Shown piece after piece: positions 62,618 to 64,000 of a DNA stretch of 64,000 nt. Source of the DNA: an uncultured bacterium (GTDB lineage Bacteria; Verrucomicrobiota; Verrucomicrobiia; Limisphaerales; UBA8199). The position numbers and the translations under genes are program-made. The stretch lies in contig CAVVMW010000006.1 in the NCBI GenBank assembly GCA_963749495.1, positions 320,001-384,000 of the forward strand, given 5' to 3'. The notes under the pieces are model-generated. The model searched no databases, had not been told where the DNA came from, and saw only the letters and a program-made list of their open reading frames with translations. The first letter of the stretch is position 1; every line of letters starts with the position of its first letter.

Positions 62618-63598
62618 ATGCAAAACCTGGTCGAGGATTTCCTGCAATACCTCAGGCACGAGCGCGGGCACGCAGAGCACACCCAGCGGACTTACGCGGC
62701 CCTGCTGAATAAGTTCGTGGCTTGGGCCGGCAACCAGGGTCTGCCGGATTGGAAATCGGTCCAGTTGCGCCACCTCATGGCCTTCCTGCAACACGAACGC
62801 GAGCGGGCCGCGGCGGTTGGCCGCCCCGCCGGGCGCTTGAACGGCGAGTCGGACGGGTCGGACCGTTCAGACGCTGCACGCCGCGGCCCCGCCCGGCGCC
62901 TGAGCAGCGAGAGCGTTTATTTGGAGATTGCGGCGTTGCGCGCATTTTACCGCTTTGCGGAAAACGAGAAGCTGCTGCCCGCAAATGTCGCCGAGAACCT
63001 GTCGCTGCCACGGCGCTGGAAGCGCCTGCCCAAGGCGCTGACGGCCGATGAGATCCAGAGACTGCTGCAAGCCGAGGCGCCCGACACGCCGCAGGGCCTG
63101 TGCGACCAGGCGGTGCTCGAACTGGCCTACGCCTCGGGCCTGCGCCTGGCCGAATTGCGCCAGGTGCGCCTGGAGCAACTCCACCTCGATGCCGGCTTTG
63201 TCAACGTGATCGGCAAGGGCAACAAAGAACGCGTGGTGCCCGTGGGCAGCAAGGCCGTCCAGGCCCTGAACCGTTACCTGGAGGCGGGCCGGCCAAAGCT
63301 GGTCACGCCCCGCTCGCCCGCCGCGGTCTTCCTCACAAAACGCGGCACCGCCTTTGCCCCGGTGACACTCTGGCTGCGGATCAAACAGCGGGCCCGCCGC
63401 GCCGGCATCGCCCGCAATGTCACCCCGCACATGCTCCGCCACAGTTTCGCCACCCACCTGCTCGACCATGGCGCCGACCTGCGCGTCATCCAGGAATTGC
63501 TCGGCCATGCCAGCATCGGCACCACCGAGATCTACACTCACGTCGCCGGCGCCCGCCTGCGCGAGGTCCACAGGAAATTCCACCCCCGCGCCCAATGA
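62618..63598 (+). CDS. xerD: Site-specific tyrosine recombinase XerD/XerC
   Basis: SGLR, GKGNKER, HMLRHSFATH, LGH, IYTHV catalytic residues. Confidence 0.85.
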   Translation: MQNLVEDFLQYLRHERGHAEHTQRTYAALLNKFVAWAGNQGLPDWKSVQLRHLMAFLQHERERAAAVGRPAGRLNGESDGSDRSDAARRGPARRLSSESVYLEIAALRAFYRFAENEKLLPANVAENLSLPRRWKRLPKALTADEIQRLLQAEAPDTPQGLCDQAVLELAYASGLRLAELRQVRLEQLHLDAGFVNVIGKGNKERVVPVGSKAVQALNRYLEAGRPKLVTPRSPAAVFLTKRGTAFAPVTLWLRIKQRARRAGIARNVTPHMLRHSFATHLLDHGADLRVIQELLGHASIGTTEIYTHVAGARLREVHRKFHPRAQ

Positions 63599-63624
63599 GC
63601 CGGCAATCCTGGGCTCCTTATGAC

Positions 63625-63880
63625 GGGGGCGATTAAAACTGTCGATCAGCCCACGGTGCCTTTTTGCCCCGGAGGGGCTTCCGACAATAGCCCGGCGTTT
63701 CAACGCCGGGTGAGCGGACCGAATGAGCAGGTCCGTCCCGAAGGGACGGCTGAAAGCAAGGAGTGCTCTCAGTCGTCCCTTCGGGACGAGGATCCCTTCT
63801 GCGGCTTCCCCGGCGTTGAAACGCCGGGCTATTGTCACCTGTCCCTCCGGGACAGAACTCCCGAGGCGCATGCCCGACGC
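63625..63880. repeat. ~250-bp CCCGAAGGG composite element
   Basis: Near-identical to 33513-33768. Confidence 0.9.
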
Positions 63881-63898
63881 CTCTCATCGCAGACCCTT

Positions 63899-64000
63899 AT
63901 GCCGCGCCTTGCTATTTCAACGCTCCTGACGGCCCTCCTTTTGGCCCACCCAGCTTGTGCCTTTCAACCGGTCAAGCTGGCGCCATACCCGCAGAAGACC
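63899..64000 (+). CDS. Start of a secreted protein (runs off window)
   Basis: MPRLAISTLLTALLLAHPACAFQ signal-peptide-like. Confidence 0.45.
   Translation, partial: MPRLAISTLLTALLLAHPACAFQPVKLAPYPQKT

Noticed and set aside
62618..63598. Integrase of a prophage or island
   Set aside because: Housekeeping Xer-like sequence with host-like GC; no att site or phage genes seen nearby.

Overview
High-GC bacterial chromosome segment. Gene content suggests Verrucomicrobiota, Pedosphaera-like (LpxC-FabZ fusion, PocR-AraC, prepilin N-methylation protein, BatD/E); this is an inference. Most of the window is housekeeping: dnaG, uppS, folK-dapB-dapA, pta, sulfate ABC transporter, rpmB, lpxA/lpxC-fabZ, nadA, a contiguous korDABC-gltA-mdh-sdhCAB cluster, gdhA, purB, alr and xerD, plus two ECF sigma/anti-sigma pairs. 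Four features stand out. (1) A ~5.1 kb lower-GC transposon (about 3059-8179) carries a central SWIM-zinc-finger + DDE(YREK) transposase, multi-copy TGCACAAAAAG end sites, a CGGGC(TTT) target duplication inside an intergenic hairpin, and cargo on both sides (GIY-YIG-like nuclease, zinc-ribbon proteins, membrane protein, atypical hicB-hicA pair). (2) An AT-rich, nested, scrambled array of GATGTGACCCCGAATTA units (47308-47687) truncates a mobile-element-like ORF. (3) A PurD-like ATP-grasp + alanine racemase + ATE/Bpt-like transferase trio lies at 57.5-61.6 kb. (4) Many intergenic repeat families occur (7-, 9-, 12-, 15-mer arrays in direct-then-inverted layout, several REP-like families), some read in frame inside genes. 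Eight genes carry apparent single-base frameshifts, most likely long-read errors. No rRNA, tRNA or CRISPR array was recognised.
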